A stretch of DNA of 20,616 nucleotides from Candidatus Nanohaloarchaea archaeon (GTDB taxonomy: Archaea > Nanohalarchaeota > Nanosalinia > Nanosalinales > Nanosalinaceae): contig JBEQAY010000019.1 of assembly GCA_041640075.1 (NCBI GenBank), forward strand, positions 1-20,616. Direction: 5' to 3'. A program made the translations under genes and the position numbers. Under the pieces are notes generated by a model, which was given only the letters and a program-made list of their open reading frames with translations, had not been told where the DNA came from and ran no database searches. This document shows, in pieces, positions 1 through 7,448 of this stretch (position 1 is the stretch's first letter; each line of letters begins with the position of its first letter).

Positions 1-1
1 A

Positions 2-1300
2 GCCGTACTGTGCCGCGACTTTCTTCCGCCACGCCACGTCTTCAGGCACACCCATTTTCTCCGCAGCCTTCCTCAATACGTATTTCCTGTACTCATCCGT
101 CCTCTTCATCTCCACAGGTAAGGAGAGCGCATGCTCGATCAAATCTTCATCCAGGAACGGAACCCTTAGTTCTCGGCCATTCCTGAAACTGACAACGTTG
201 TCTCTGTACAGGTCTTCATGAAAAATACCTCTCAGATCTGAGAGACACTCTTTGTTCAGGTAGCCCTGCTGGCGAGCGTAACCTGCGTAGAGCTGTTCTG
301 AGCCGAAGCCTGTGAAAACTACCTGTTCACCCGAAGATTCTGTAGAATCTTCTTGACCTCCGCAACTTCCAGTTCCGCAGAGAGAAAAGTGGAAAGGCAA
401 GGCCACGCCCAGTTTCACGACATTCGTCGTCGACAGCCAGTCCACGAGTTCAGGTAAAGTTTCCTCTACTTCTTCCAGGCTTGCCTCGTATCTCTCCAGA
501 GGGAATCCCATCTCGTCCGCGACCTCTTTCGCTTTCTCGTAGTCCCGCGGCGCTGAAACATTTCCATGCTGGATTCCGGCAGTATAGGCTGTGAAATCTT
601 TTCCAAGTTCCTGTAACGCCGCGGCGACAAGAGTGGAATCCAGTCCACCGGAGAAAAGTAATCCAACTTCTCCTTCAGGAACTCTTTTCTCGACTGCGTC
701 CAGGAAAATTTCCTTTATCTCTTCTGCGGCCTCGTCAATCTCTATATTATCGTCATCATTTAATTCGAAGAATTCTCTCTGCTCGAACGATATTTTTTCT
801 TCCTCTAAATTATATTTGAGAATTTTCCTGGGATGAAGTTCTCTTATGTTTTCAAATCCTGCTTTTTCCAGTGCCTGTTTCTCAGATGCGAATGCGAAGT
901 TTTCCTCGTCATCAACGTACCAGATCGGGTTTACGCCGAGTCTGTCACGGGCTAAAATTATCTCGTCTTCATCCCTGTATGCGAAGGCAAAGATTCCGTC
1001 GAGTTCTTCCAGGGCATCTACTCCTTTTTTCTCCAGGATTTTCAGCAGTGTTTCTGCGTCGTTTTCTGTTTCCCAGCCGTATTTTTCGTTTATTTTTTCC
1101 CAGTTGTAGATTTCGCAGTTTGCGGATAGAATTTTTTCTTTTCCGATCGGTTGTTCGAGTTCGCCGACTACTGAGTGTAGTACGTGGCCAAGGGAAAAGT
1201 GTTTGGTTTCAAGAGTTTTGCAGCTCTGTCCTCTGTGGGTGAGGTTGTCTGTTATTTTTTCTACAGTTTCCTGTTCCCTGGCTCCGGCGATTCCGCACAT
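2..1300 (-). CDS. asnB: Asparagine synthetase B-like glutamine amidotransferase (partial, runs off left edge; not in ORF track)
   Basis: Manual translation from ATG at 1300: MCGIAGAREQ...THRG...ANCEIYNWE (Ntn amidotransferase N-terminal Cys), then RDRLGVNP, LFSGGLDS (PP-loop), FTGFGSEQLYAGY, ELRVPFLD, WRKKVAAQYG; frame open to the window edge. Confidence 0.9.
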   Translation of the reverse strand, partial: MCGIAGAREQETVEKITDNLTHRGQSCKTLETKHFSLGHVLHSVVGELEQPIGKEKILSANCEIYNWEKINEKYGWETENDAETLLKILEKKGVDALEELDGIFAFAYRDEDEIILARDRLGVNPIWYVDDEENFAFASEKQALEKAGFENIRELHPRKILKYNLEEEKISFEQREFFELNDDDNIEIDEAAEEIKEIFLDAVEKRVPEGEVGLLFSGGLDSTLVAAALQELGKDFTAYTAGIQHGNVSAPRDYEKAKEVADEMGFPLERYEASLEEVEETLPELVDWLSTTNVVKLGVALPFHFSLCGTGSCGGQEDSTESSGEQVVFTGFGSEQLYAGYARQQGYLNKECLSDLRGIFHEDLYRDNVVSFRNGRELRVPFLDEDLIEHALSLPVEMKRTDEYRKYVLRKAAEKMGVPEDVAWRKKVAAQYG

Positions 1301-1320
1301 TTTTCTATTGTTGTCTTGGA

Positions 1321-1337
1321 CCGGGAAAGCTTTTGAG
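1321..1337 (+). promoter_or_regulatory. Putative BRE/TATA promoter of the 66-aa gene
   Basis: CCGGGAAAGCTTTTGAG resembles a haloarchaeal BRE+TATA; SD-like GGTGA at 1360-1364 precedes ATG 1374. Confidence 0.4.
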
Positions 1338-1373
1338 ATTGGAGCACGGTTTATCCCGTGGTGAAACAGAATA

Positions 1374-1574
1374 ATGTATGAAAGATTGAAGTCAGCGGTA
1401 GATGAGTACGGGGAAGTTATGATTCAGACGGATTCAGGTGAGGAACACGAGCTTCACAAGCACAACTCCGAGTTCCTGGATGAACCAGGGCTTGTCAAGG
1501 TAGATGCGGACGACAGAACGCACTGGTTGAACCTTGAGAAAGTTGAGCGCTACTGGATCCACGAGGACTTCTAG
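1374..1574 (+). CDS. Small acidic hypothetical protein (66 aa)
   Basis: Acidic halophile-type composition, GGTGA SD 9 nt upstream, T-tract downstream (1590-1600). Confidence 0.75.
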   Translation: MYERLKSAVDEYGEVMIQTDSGEEHELHKHNSEFLDEPGLVKVDADDRTHWLNLEKVERYWIHEDF

Positions 1575-1608
1575 AACCCTCTGAATCAATTTTTTATTTT
1601 ATCTAAAC

Positions 1609-2406
1609 CTAATCAGTCGAGTAATCTGCTCCAAAGTCGCTTAAACCTTTCTGACTGTTATCGATCGCCTCGTAGCTTGCGATAACATCCTCCATATCAA
1701 CTTCCACGAACTCCAGATCCCTATCCTCGAGATAGTCCAGTATTTTATCCGTCATCTTAGGAGCAACAAGGATGCCTCGTATATCTCCGTTGTATTCCTC
1801 TTCTATCTCGTCGACGTATCTCTGAAGCTGTAGAACAGTGTTGTAGTCCGGGTTTCTCTTGACCTCTATAACAACCCAGTTATCGTCCGAGTCGCGGGCG
1901 AAGACGTCTATGAAACCGGCCGGTGTCTCTTTCTCTCGCTCTACAACTTTCATCTCTTCCTCAACTATTTCCGGGTCTTCTTCGATCGATTCATGTATAT
2001 CTACTTCGTGCCCGCGTATCTTCAGATCTGACTTGTCAACCATCTTATCGACTGTAACGAGGTCCACGTCCTCGAACTGTATATCCACGACTTCGTCCGG
2101 GTTGGTTCTTTTCGCCTCCAGAACCAGGATTTCCGAGCCATCGTCGATCTCCTCGATCTCTACAGAGTACGAGTCGACCTCCGGCTGCCAGTTCTTCGGC
2201 TGATAATTTTCAGGTCCGTGAACCAGTATCGCGGAGTCCTGCTTCTTTATGACAAGTCGTTCCCCACGGTCGAGCTTTGACTTGGCTCTTCCCTGGTAGT
2301 TGACGGTGCAGAGACCGTTGATCTGGACAGTGAAATCTCTTTTCAGGTACTCCTCCAGTATTTCTCTGGATTCCTCTAGCTCCGGGTTTTTCAGTATCTC
2401 CTTCAT
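1609..2406 (-). CDS. nucS: Mismatch/branched-DNA endonuclease NucS (EndoMS)
   Basis: C-x-V-x-Y-x-GRAKS, K-x-D...HGPENYQPKNWQP, E-K-E-T-P-A-G-F-I-D...VIEVKR, QLQRY, RGILVAP motifs; C-terminal PIP-box-like QKGLSDF. Confidence 0.95.
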   Translation of the reverse strand: MKEILKNPELEESREILEEYLKRDFTVQINGLCTVNYQGRAKSKLDRGERLVIKKQDSAILVHGPENYQPKNWQPEVDSYSVEIEEIDDGSEILVLEAKRTNPDEVVDIQFEDVDLVTVDKMVDKSDLKIRGHEVDIHESIEEDPEIVEEEMKVVEREKETPAGFIDVFARDSDDNWVVIEVKRNPDYNTVLQLQRYVDEIEEEYNGDIRGILVAPKMTDKILDYLEDRDLEFVEVDMEDVIASYEAIDNSQKGLSDFGADYSTD

Positions 2407-2442
2407 ATTTTTAGGTAAGGAGAAGTGAAACTCTAAAGTATT

Positions 2443-2458
2443 CCCGAAAAACTTTTAG
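2443..2458 (+). promoter_or_regulatory. Putative BRE/TATA for the 2482 gene (probably leaderless)
   Basis: CCCGAAAAACTTTTAG about 25-30 nt upstream of ATG 2482; no SD. Confidence 0.45.
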
Positions 2459-2481
2459 TGGTGACAAGTCAGTAACAATAT

Positions 2482-3030
2482 ATGGGGAGTAGTGAAAGGG
2501 TTTCAGTTGACCGGCTTCTGGAAGGTGGACTTTCTGAAGAAGATTACGTAGATACCTCGGCCTCGCTTATCTGCAAACTCCACGATAAGTCCCAGGAATG
2601 GAGAACTATGGTTAGAGAGGAGGAGAATCCGAGAGATGTACGAAGGAAAGCCCGACAGGTTGCAAAAGTTGCTAAAACTCTGGAGACTTTGCAGGAGCAT
2701 TACCGTACACCTCATGCTGTGAGTCAAAGTCCAAGGGGCAGAGAAAAATTTGATGGTGATGACTCGGAAATACTGGTCAAGTCAAACCTGGCGCTGAGTT
2801 ATGTAAACGATCTTGGGACCTCAGAATTTTACGAGTTCGACGAACCAGAAGATATAGATGAGGGGGAATTCTGCGTCTGGAATGGTGCTGATGAAAGATA
2901 CATTACCCCTAGTGAAGTATTAGATGAAATGCCTGACAACTATACGGAGGGCATGCTTAGACTGAATTTTTCTGGTGGTCTAGATGAACTCCCTGATTTC
3001 GAGAAGTATTCGACTTTCCCTGAAATTTAA
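2482..3030 (+). CDS. Hypothetical acidic protein (182 aa)
   Basis: Long ORF with acidic composition filling the gap between nucS and radC; no motif recognised. Confidence 0.75.
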   Translation: MGSSERVSVDRLLEGGLSEEDYVDTSASLICKLHDKSQEWRTMVREEENPRDVRRKARQVAKVAKTLETLQEHYRTPHAVSQSPRGREKFDGDDSEILVKSNLALSYVNDLGTSEFYEFDEPEDIDEGEFCVWNGADERYITPSEVLDEMPDNYTEGMLRLNFSGGLDELPDFEKYSTFPEI

Positions 3031-3060
3031 ACTGAACTCTTTCGAAAATTCTGTTAAGTA

Positions 3061-3726
3061 ATGGACTACACTATTAAAGAGCTGCCAGAGAGCGAAAGGC
3101 CTAGGGAGAAACTTGAACAACACGGTGCTGATGATCTTACAGACGTTGAACTTCTCTCGATAATACTGAGGACAGGAACACAGGGAAAGAATGTCAAAGA
3201 ACTCTCCTCTGAAATCCTGAACACTTACTCTCTGGATCAGCTTGCGAGCCGTGAACTTTCCGACCTGAAGGAGTTTGAGGGAATTTCTCGTGTCAAGGCA
3301 GGTCAGCTACAGGCGGTAGGAGAACTTTCCCGGAGGTTGAAGAAGTCCAAGAAAGAGAAAATTGAGTCTCTGGGAGATGTGAAATCGGTCTGCGGAGACA
3401 TGAAGTTCCTGGAAGAGGAGATACTCAGAGTCTTCTATCTTTCCTCAGGGAACGAAGTACTGGCGAAGAAATCATTTGATGGAAACGTTGATTCTGTCGG
3501 GCTAGAACCTAGAGAAGTCTTTAAACCAGCATTAAACGCTAATGCCGCTGCACTTATACTTGTGCACAATCATCCTTCCGGTAAATCCGAGGCTACAGCC
3601 CAGGACATCGAAACTACCCGTGAAATGATTGATTTGGGTGAAAGTCTTGGAGTGGAGGTTCTGGATCACGTTGTTGCCGGTGAGAGCTTTTATTCGATGC
3701 GTGAAGCTTCAGAACTGTCTTTCTAG
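3061..3726 (+). CDS. radC: RadC family (UPF0758) JAB/MPN-domain protein
   Basis: ERPREKL, ELLSIILRTG, HhH-like GISRVKA, PREVFK, LVHNHPSG...AQD JAMM motif, VLDHVV. Confidence 0.93.
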   Translation: MDYTIKELPESERPREKLEQHGADDLTDVELLSIILRTGTQGKNVKELSSEILNTYSLDQLASRELSDLKEFEGISRVKAGQLQAVGELSRRLKKSKKEKIESLGDVKSVCGDMKFLEEEILRVFYLSSGNEVLAKKSFDGNVDSVGLEPREVFKPALNANAAALILVHNHPSGKSEATAQDIETTREMIDLGESLGVEVLDHVVAGESFYSMREASELSF

Positions 3727-3774
3727 AGTTTTCCACTGGTATTAATCAGGCTCTCTTTAAGTAAGTTTCGACGT

Positions 3775-3793
3775 CCGCACTACCCTTTTAAAG
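3775..3793 (+). promoter_or_regulatory. Putative promoter of the rpo operon
   Basis: TTTTAAAG TATA-like box at 3786-3793 preceded by CCGCACTACCC; SD-like GAGTGA at 3846-3851. Confidence 0.55.
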
Positions 3794-3859
3794 TTTACTT
3801 GTCTTGACTTAATTATCTAAGAGCAAGTTTCTCTGCCTGCTCAAAGAGTGATTTAAACC

Positions 3860-4093
3860 ATGGCTATGGATGTACGCGAACACCGGCTTGTCCCAGAACA
3901 CCGCAAAATGAGTGAAGAAGAGGTCGAAGAACTTCTCGAGAAGCATGATATAGAGAAGCAGAATCTACCTAATATCAAGAGCAACGACTCTGCGTTAAAG
4001 CAGAAGGAGTTTGAGATTGGGGATGTTTTCGAGATAACGCGTGAAAGCCCTACAGCAGGCGAAACCACATATTACAGAAGAGTAGTCGAATAG
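3860..4093 (+). CDS. rpoH: DNA-directed RNA polymerase subunit H (Rpo5)
   Basis: HRLVPEH, LPNI..ND, GDVFEITRESPTAG..YYRRV; first gene of the archaeal rpo cluster. Confidence 0.97.
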   Translation: MAMDVREHRLVPEHRKMSEEEVEELLEKHDIEKQNLPNIKSNDSALKQKEFEIGDVFEITRESPTAGETTYYRRVVE

Positions 4094-4106
4094 AGGTAAA
4101 ACTATA

Positions 4107-5564
4107 ATGAAAGAAGAATTCCTGGAGCAACTAATAGACCGAAATCTGGTTAAGCACCAGATCGAATCCTACAACCACTTTGTAAACGAGAGAATCAAAG
4201 CAATACTTAACGAAGTTGAATCGATCGAACCAGAGCTCCCTGAAGGAGAAGATCTGGTTATCAAGATCGTTGACGTTGATATAAAGAAGCCTAAGATACA
4301 TGAGGCAGATGGCTCAGTCAGAAAAGTCATGCCTCGTGAAGCACGTATGCGAGATCTAACCTATTCTTCACAGATCGAAGTTACACTAACACCTATCTTC
4401 GAGGGAGTCAAACAGGAATCCGAAGAAGTTACGATCGGAGAAATCCCTGTCATGGTCGGCTCAGAACTTTGCTGGACCAACGACATGGACGAAGAAGAGA
4501 TGAGAGAGAACGGAGAGGATCCAAAGGATCCAGGAGGATACTTCATCATCAACGGTTCAGAGAAGACCATCATCGCTATGGAGGAACTGGCGAACAACAA
4601 ACCAGTATACCAGCACGATGACGAAGAACAGAAATGCCGTATCAACTCAGAGAACCAGGGATACGTTCAGAGACATATCCTGAGGAGGAAGAAGGATATC
4701 GTAAACATCAGCTTTGCTAACGTCAAGAAGACGCCTGCAGTAGCTCTCATCAGAGCTCTAGGTATGGAAACAGATAAGGAAATTGTCGAAGCGATCGGAG
4801 ACGACTACGCTTCAGACGTCTACCTGAACCTTTACGAAGTAGACGCTTCAAACAAAGAAGAAGCCTATGAATACATTGCAAACCGTGCAGGAATCACGAA
4901 CGACGTTGAAGACCGTGTAGAAAACATCCTGGACGAATACCTTCTACCACATCTTGGACAGGAGGAAGATGTCCGTGAAGAAAAGGCCGAGTTCCTTGCG
5001 AAGATGATCAGGAACACTATCGCACTAGGTAAAGGCGACATTGAGGAAGACGACATCGACCACTACGCCAACAAGAGGATGAACCTGGCAGGACAGCTTC
5101 TGGAGATGCAGTTTAGAAGCGTTTTCCTCGGAAAATGGGGTCTTGTCGCAAGAATGAAGTACAACTTCCAGAAATCCGCCAAGAGAGGGCGGCTACCAAG
5201 CCTCCAGTCCACAATCGTTTCCGACAAGCTCACCTCACAGATCATGGGAGCCATGGCGACAGGAAACTGGGTAGGAGGCAGAACAGGAATCTGCCAGAGA
5301 CTGGAAAGAAACAACCGTATCAAAACACTTTCACACCTCAGAAACATTGTATCTCCGCTTTCAAGCGACAGACAGCACTTCGAGGCAAGAGACCTTCACC
5401 CAACACAGTGGGGACGTGTCTGCCCGATCAAAACACCTGAGGGAATGAACATCGGGCTCAGAACCCACCTCGCTATGTCCGCAGACGTTTCTACAGGTAT
5501 GACCTCAAAGGAAAGAAACTCCCTGAAGGCAAAGCTTGAGGAAGCAGGTATCGACGCAAGGTGA
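4107..5564 (+). CDS. rpoB2: DNA-directed RNA polymerase subunit B'' (Rpo2N)
   Basis: HQIESYN, PREARMRDLTY, DPGGYFIINGSEK, DDIDHYANKR, LSHLR, EARDLHPTQWGRVCP.KTPEG; SD GAGGT 4093-4097. Confidence 0.97.
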   Translation: MKEEFLEQLIDRNLVKHQIESYNHFVNERIKAILNEVESIEPELPEGEDLVIKIVDVDIKKPKIHEADGSVRKVMPREARMRDLTYSSQIEVTLTPIFEGVKQESEEVTIGEIPVMVGSELCWTNDMDEEEMRENGEDPKDPGGYFIINGSEKTIIAMEELANNKPVYQHDDEEQKCRINSENQGYVQRHILRRKKDIVNISFANVKKTPAVALIRALGMETDKEIVEAIGDDYASDVYLNLYEVDASNKEEAYEYIANRAGITNDVEDRVENILDEYLLPHLGQEEDVREEKAEFLAKMIRNTIALGKGDIEEDDIDHYANKRMNLAGQLLEMQFRSVFLGKWGLVARMKYNFQKSAKRGRLPSLQSTIVSDKLTSQIMGAMATGNWVGGRTGICQRLERNNRIKTLSHLRNIVSPLSSDRQHFEARDLHPTQWGRVCPIKTPEGMNIGLRTHLAMSADVSTGMTSKERNSLKAKLEEAGIDAR

Positions 5565-5642
5565 ACCAGAAAATGATAATGAAACGATTCAAACAGGATA
5601 AGACGACAGAAAACACTGAAAATATGGAACAGGTGATTAATC

Positions 5643-7439
5643 ATGACTGAAGTATTCCTTGACGGAGAGATAATGGATGAGCTTGAGTCTCCAGAGGAAG
5701 TCAGAGAGGAACTCATCGAGAAAAGAAGAAACGGAGAGCTTGACAAAGAAGTCTCTGTTTATTACAACGAGAACCGTGACGAGATCAGGGTCAACACTGA
5801 TTCTGGAAGAGTCATGCGGCCAGTAGTTATTGTGGAAGACGGTGAACCAAGATTAACTGAAGAACAGGAGGAAAAACTAGAGGAAGGAGAAATCAGTCTT
5901 GAAGACCTTGAAGATCAGGGAATCATCGAATACCTGGATGCAGAAGAGGAAGAGAACGCTTACGTTTCTCTGAGCGAGGAAGAAGTCACAGACGAGCATA
6001 CTCACATGGAGATCGACCCGGAAATCATCAACGGGCTTTCAGCTTCTCTAACAGTTTACCCTGAGCATAACCGAGGAGACCGAGTTAACTTCGGTGCAAA
6101 GATGGCAGGACAGGGATTAGGAATGCCTACAAGAGAGTTCCACCAGAGATTCGACACTCAGGGCAACGTACTGACGTACGCTCAGAAGCCTGTAGTCGAA
6201 ACAAATACTTACGATACTCTTCTAGGAGATCACCCGATCGGACAGAACATGGTTATCGCCCTCGCATCCTTCGACGGATACAACATCGAGGACGCCGTAA
6301 TCATGAACAAGGCCTCACGTGAGAGAGGAATCGGCCGATCAACCTACATGAGAACCTACCAGACAGAAGCAAAGCGCTTCTACGGAGGACAGAAGGACAG
6401 AATCTCCATCCCTGACAAAGACGTCAGAGGATACAGAAGAGAAGAAGCATACGAACATCTCGACGAAGACGGAATCGTCAACCCAGAGACAGAAGTTGAC
6501 TCAGACGACGTAATCGTCGGAAAAACAAGCCCTCCAAAGTTCCTTGGAGGAGGCGGAGAAGAAATGAAGATGGGGCTGGCAGAAAGAAGAGAAACAAGCC
6601 TCACAGTAAGACACGGAGAACAGGGAGTTATCGACAAAGTCATGCTCTCTGAAACCGGAGACGGAGACAAACTCATCAAGGCAAAAATGCGTGAATACCG
6701 TGTACCAGAGCTTGGAGACAAGTTCGCAACAAGACACGGACAGAAGGGAGTCGTAGGAATGATCGCACCGGAGGAAAACATGCCATTCACAAAAGACGGC
6801 ATCACACCGGACATGATCCTATCTACACACGCAATTCCTTCCCGTATGACCGTGGCGCAGATAATCGAACTTATCGGAGGAAAAGTCGGAGCCCTACGTG
6901 GAGAGAAAGTAGATGCAACAGCCTACCACAACGAGGACAAAGACGAGCTAAGAGACCAGCTTGAAAAACTTGGTTTCGAATCCTCAGGAAAGGAAACCAT
7001 GTACAACGGAGTAACAGGAGAAGAGATGGAGGCAGAAATCCTTATCGGACCAGGTTACTACCTCAAGCTAAGCCACATGGTTGGAGACAAGGTCCACGCA
7101 AGAAGCAGAGGACCAGTAACACTCTTAACCAAGCAGCCAACTGAAGGAAGAAGCCAGGAAGGAGGACTCCGACTTGGAGAGATGGAAAAAGACGTCTTCG
7201 TGGGACATGGAGCCTCACTTCTACTCAAGGAGCGGTTCGGTGCTGACTCCACGAAGATCCACGTCGACAAGGATTCCGGGGACATCGGATACCTTGACCG
7301 TGAGAACAACAAGGTTGTCAAACAGTCAGGAGAAGAAGGAGACTTCGAGGAAACAGAGATTCCTCACGCGATGCTTCTACTGCTTGACGAGCTGAAATCA
7401 CTGATGATAGATACGGACATAGACGTGGAGGACGAATAG
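5643..7439 (+). CDS. rpoB1: DNA-directed RNA polymerase subunit B' (Rpo2C)
   Basis: GYNIEDA, GDKFATRHGQKG, HAIPSRMT, HMVGDKVHAR, QPTEGRSQEGGLRLGEMEKD; SD AGGTGA 5631-5636. Confidence 0.98.
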   Translation: MTEVFLDGEIMDELESPEEVREELIEKRRNGELDKEVSVYYNENRDEIRVNTDSGRVMRPVVIVEDGEPRLTEEQEEKLEEGEISLEDLEDQGIIEYLDAEEEENAYVSLSEEEVTDEHTHMEIDPEIINGLSASLTVYPEHNRGDRVNFGAKMAGQGLGMPTREFHQRFDTQGNVLTYAQKPVVETNTYDTLLGDHPIGQNMVIALASFDGYNIEDAVIMNKASRERGIGRSTYMRTYQTEAKRFYGGQKDRISIPDKDVRGYRREEAYEHLDEDGIVNPETEVDSDDVIVGKTSPPKFLGGGGEEMKMGLAERRETSLTVRHGEQGVIDKVMLSETGDGDKLIKAKMREYRVPELGDKFATRHGQKGVVGMIAPEENMPFTKDGITPDMILSTHAIPSRMTVAQIIELIGGKVGALRGEKVDATAYHNEDKDELRDQLEKLGFESSGKETMYNGVTGEEMEAEILIGPGYYLKLSHMVGDKVHARSRGPVTLLTKQPTEGRSQEGGLRLGEMEKDVFVGHGASLLLKERFGADSTKIHVDKDSGDIGYLDRENNKVVKQSGEEGDFEETEIPHAMLLLLDELKSLMIDTDIDVEDE

Positions 7440-7448
7440 GTGGTTCAA

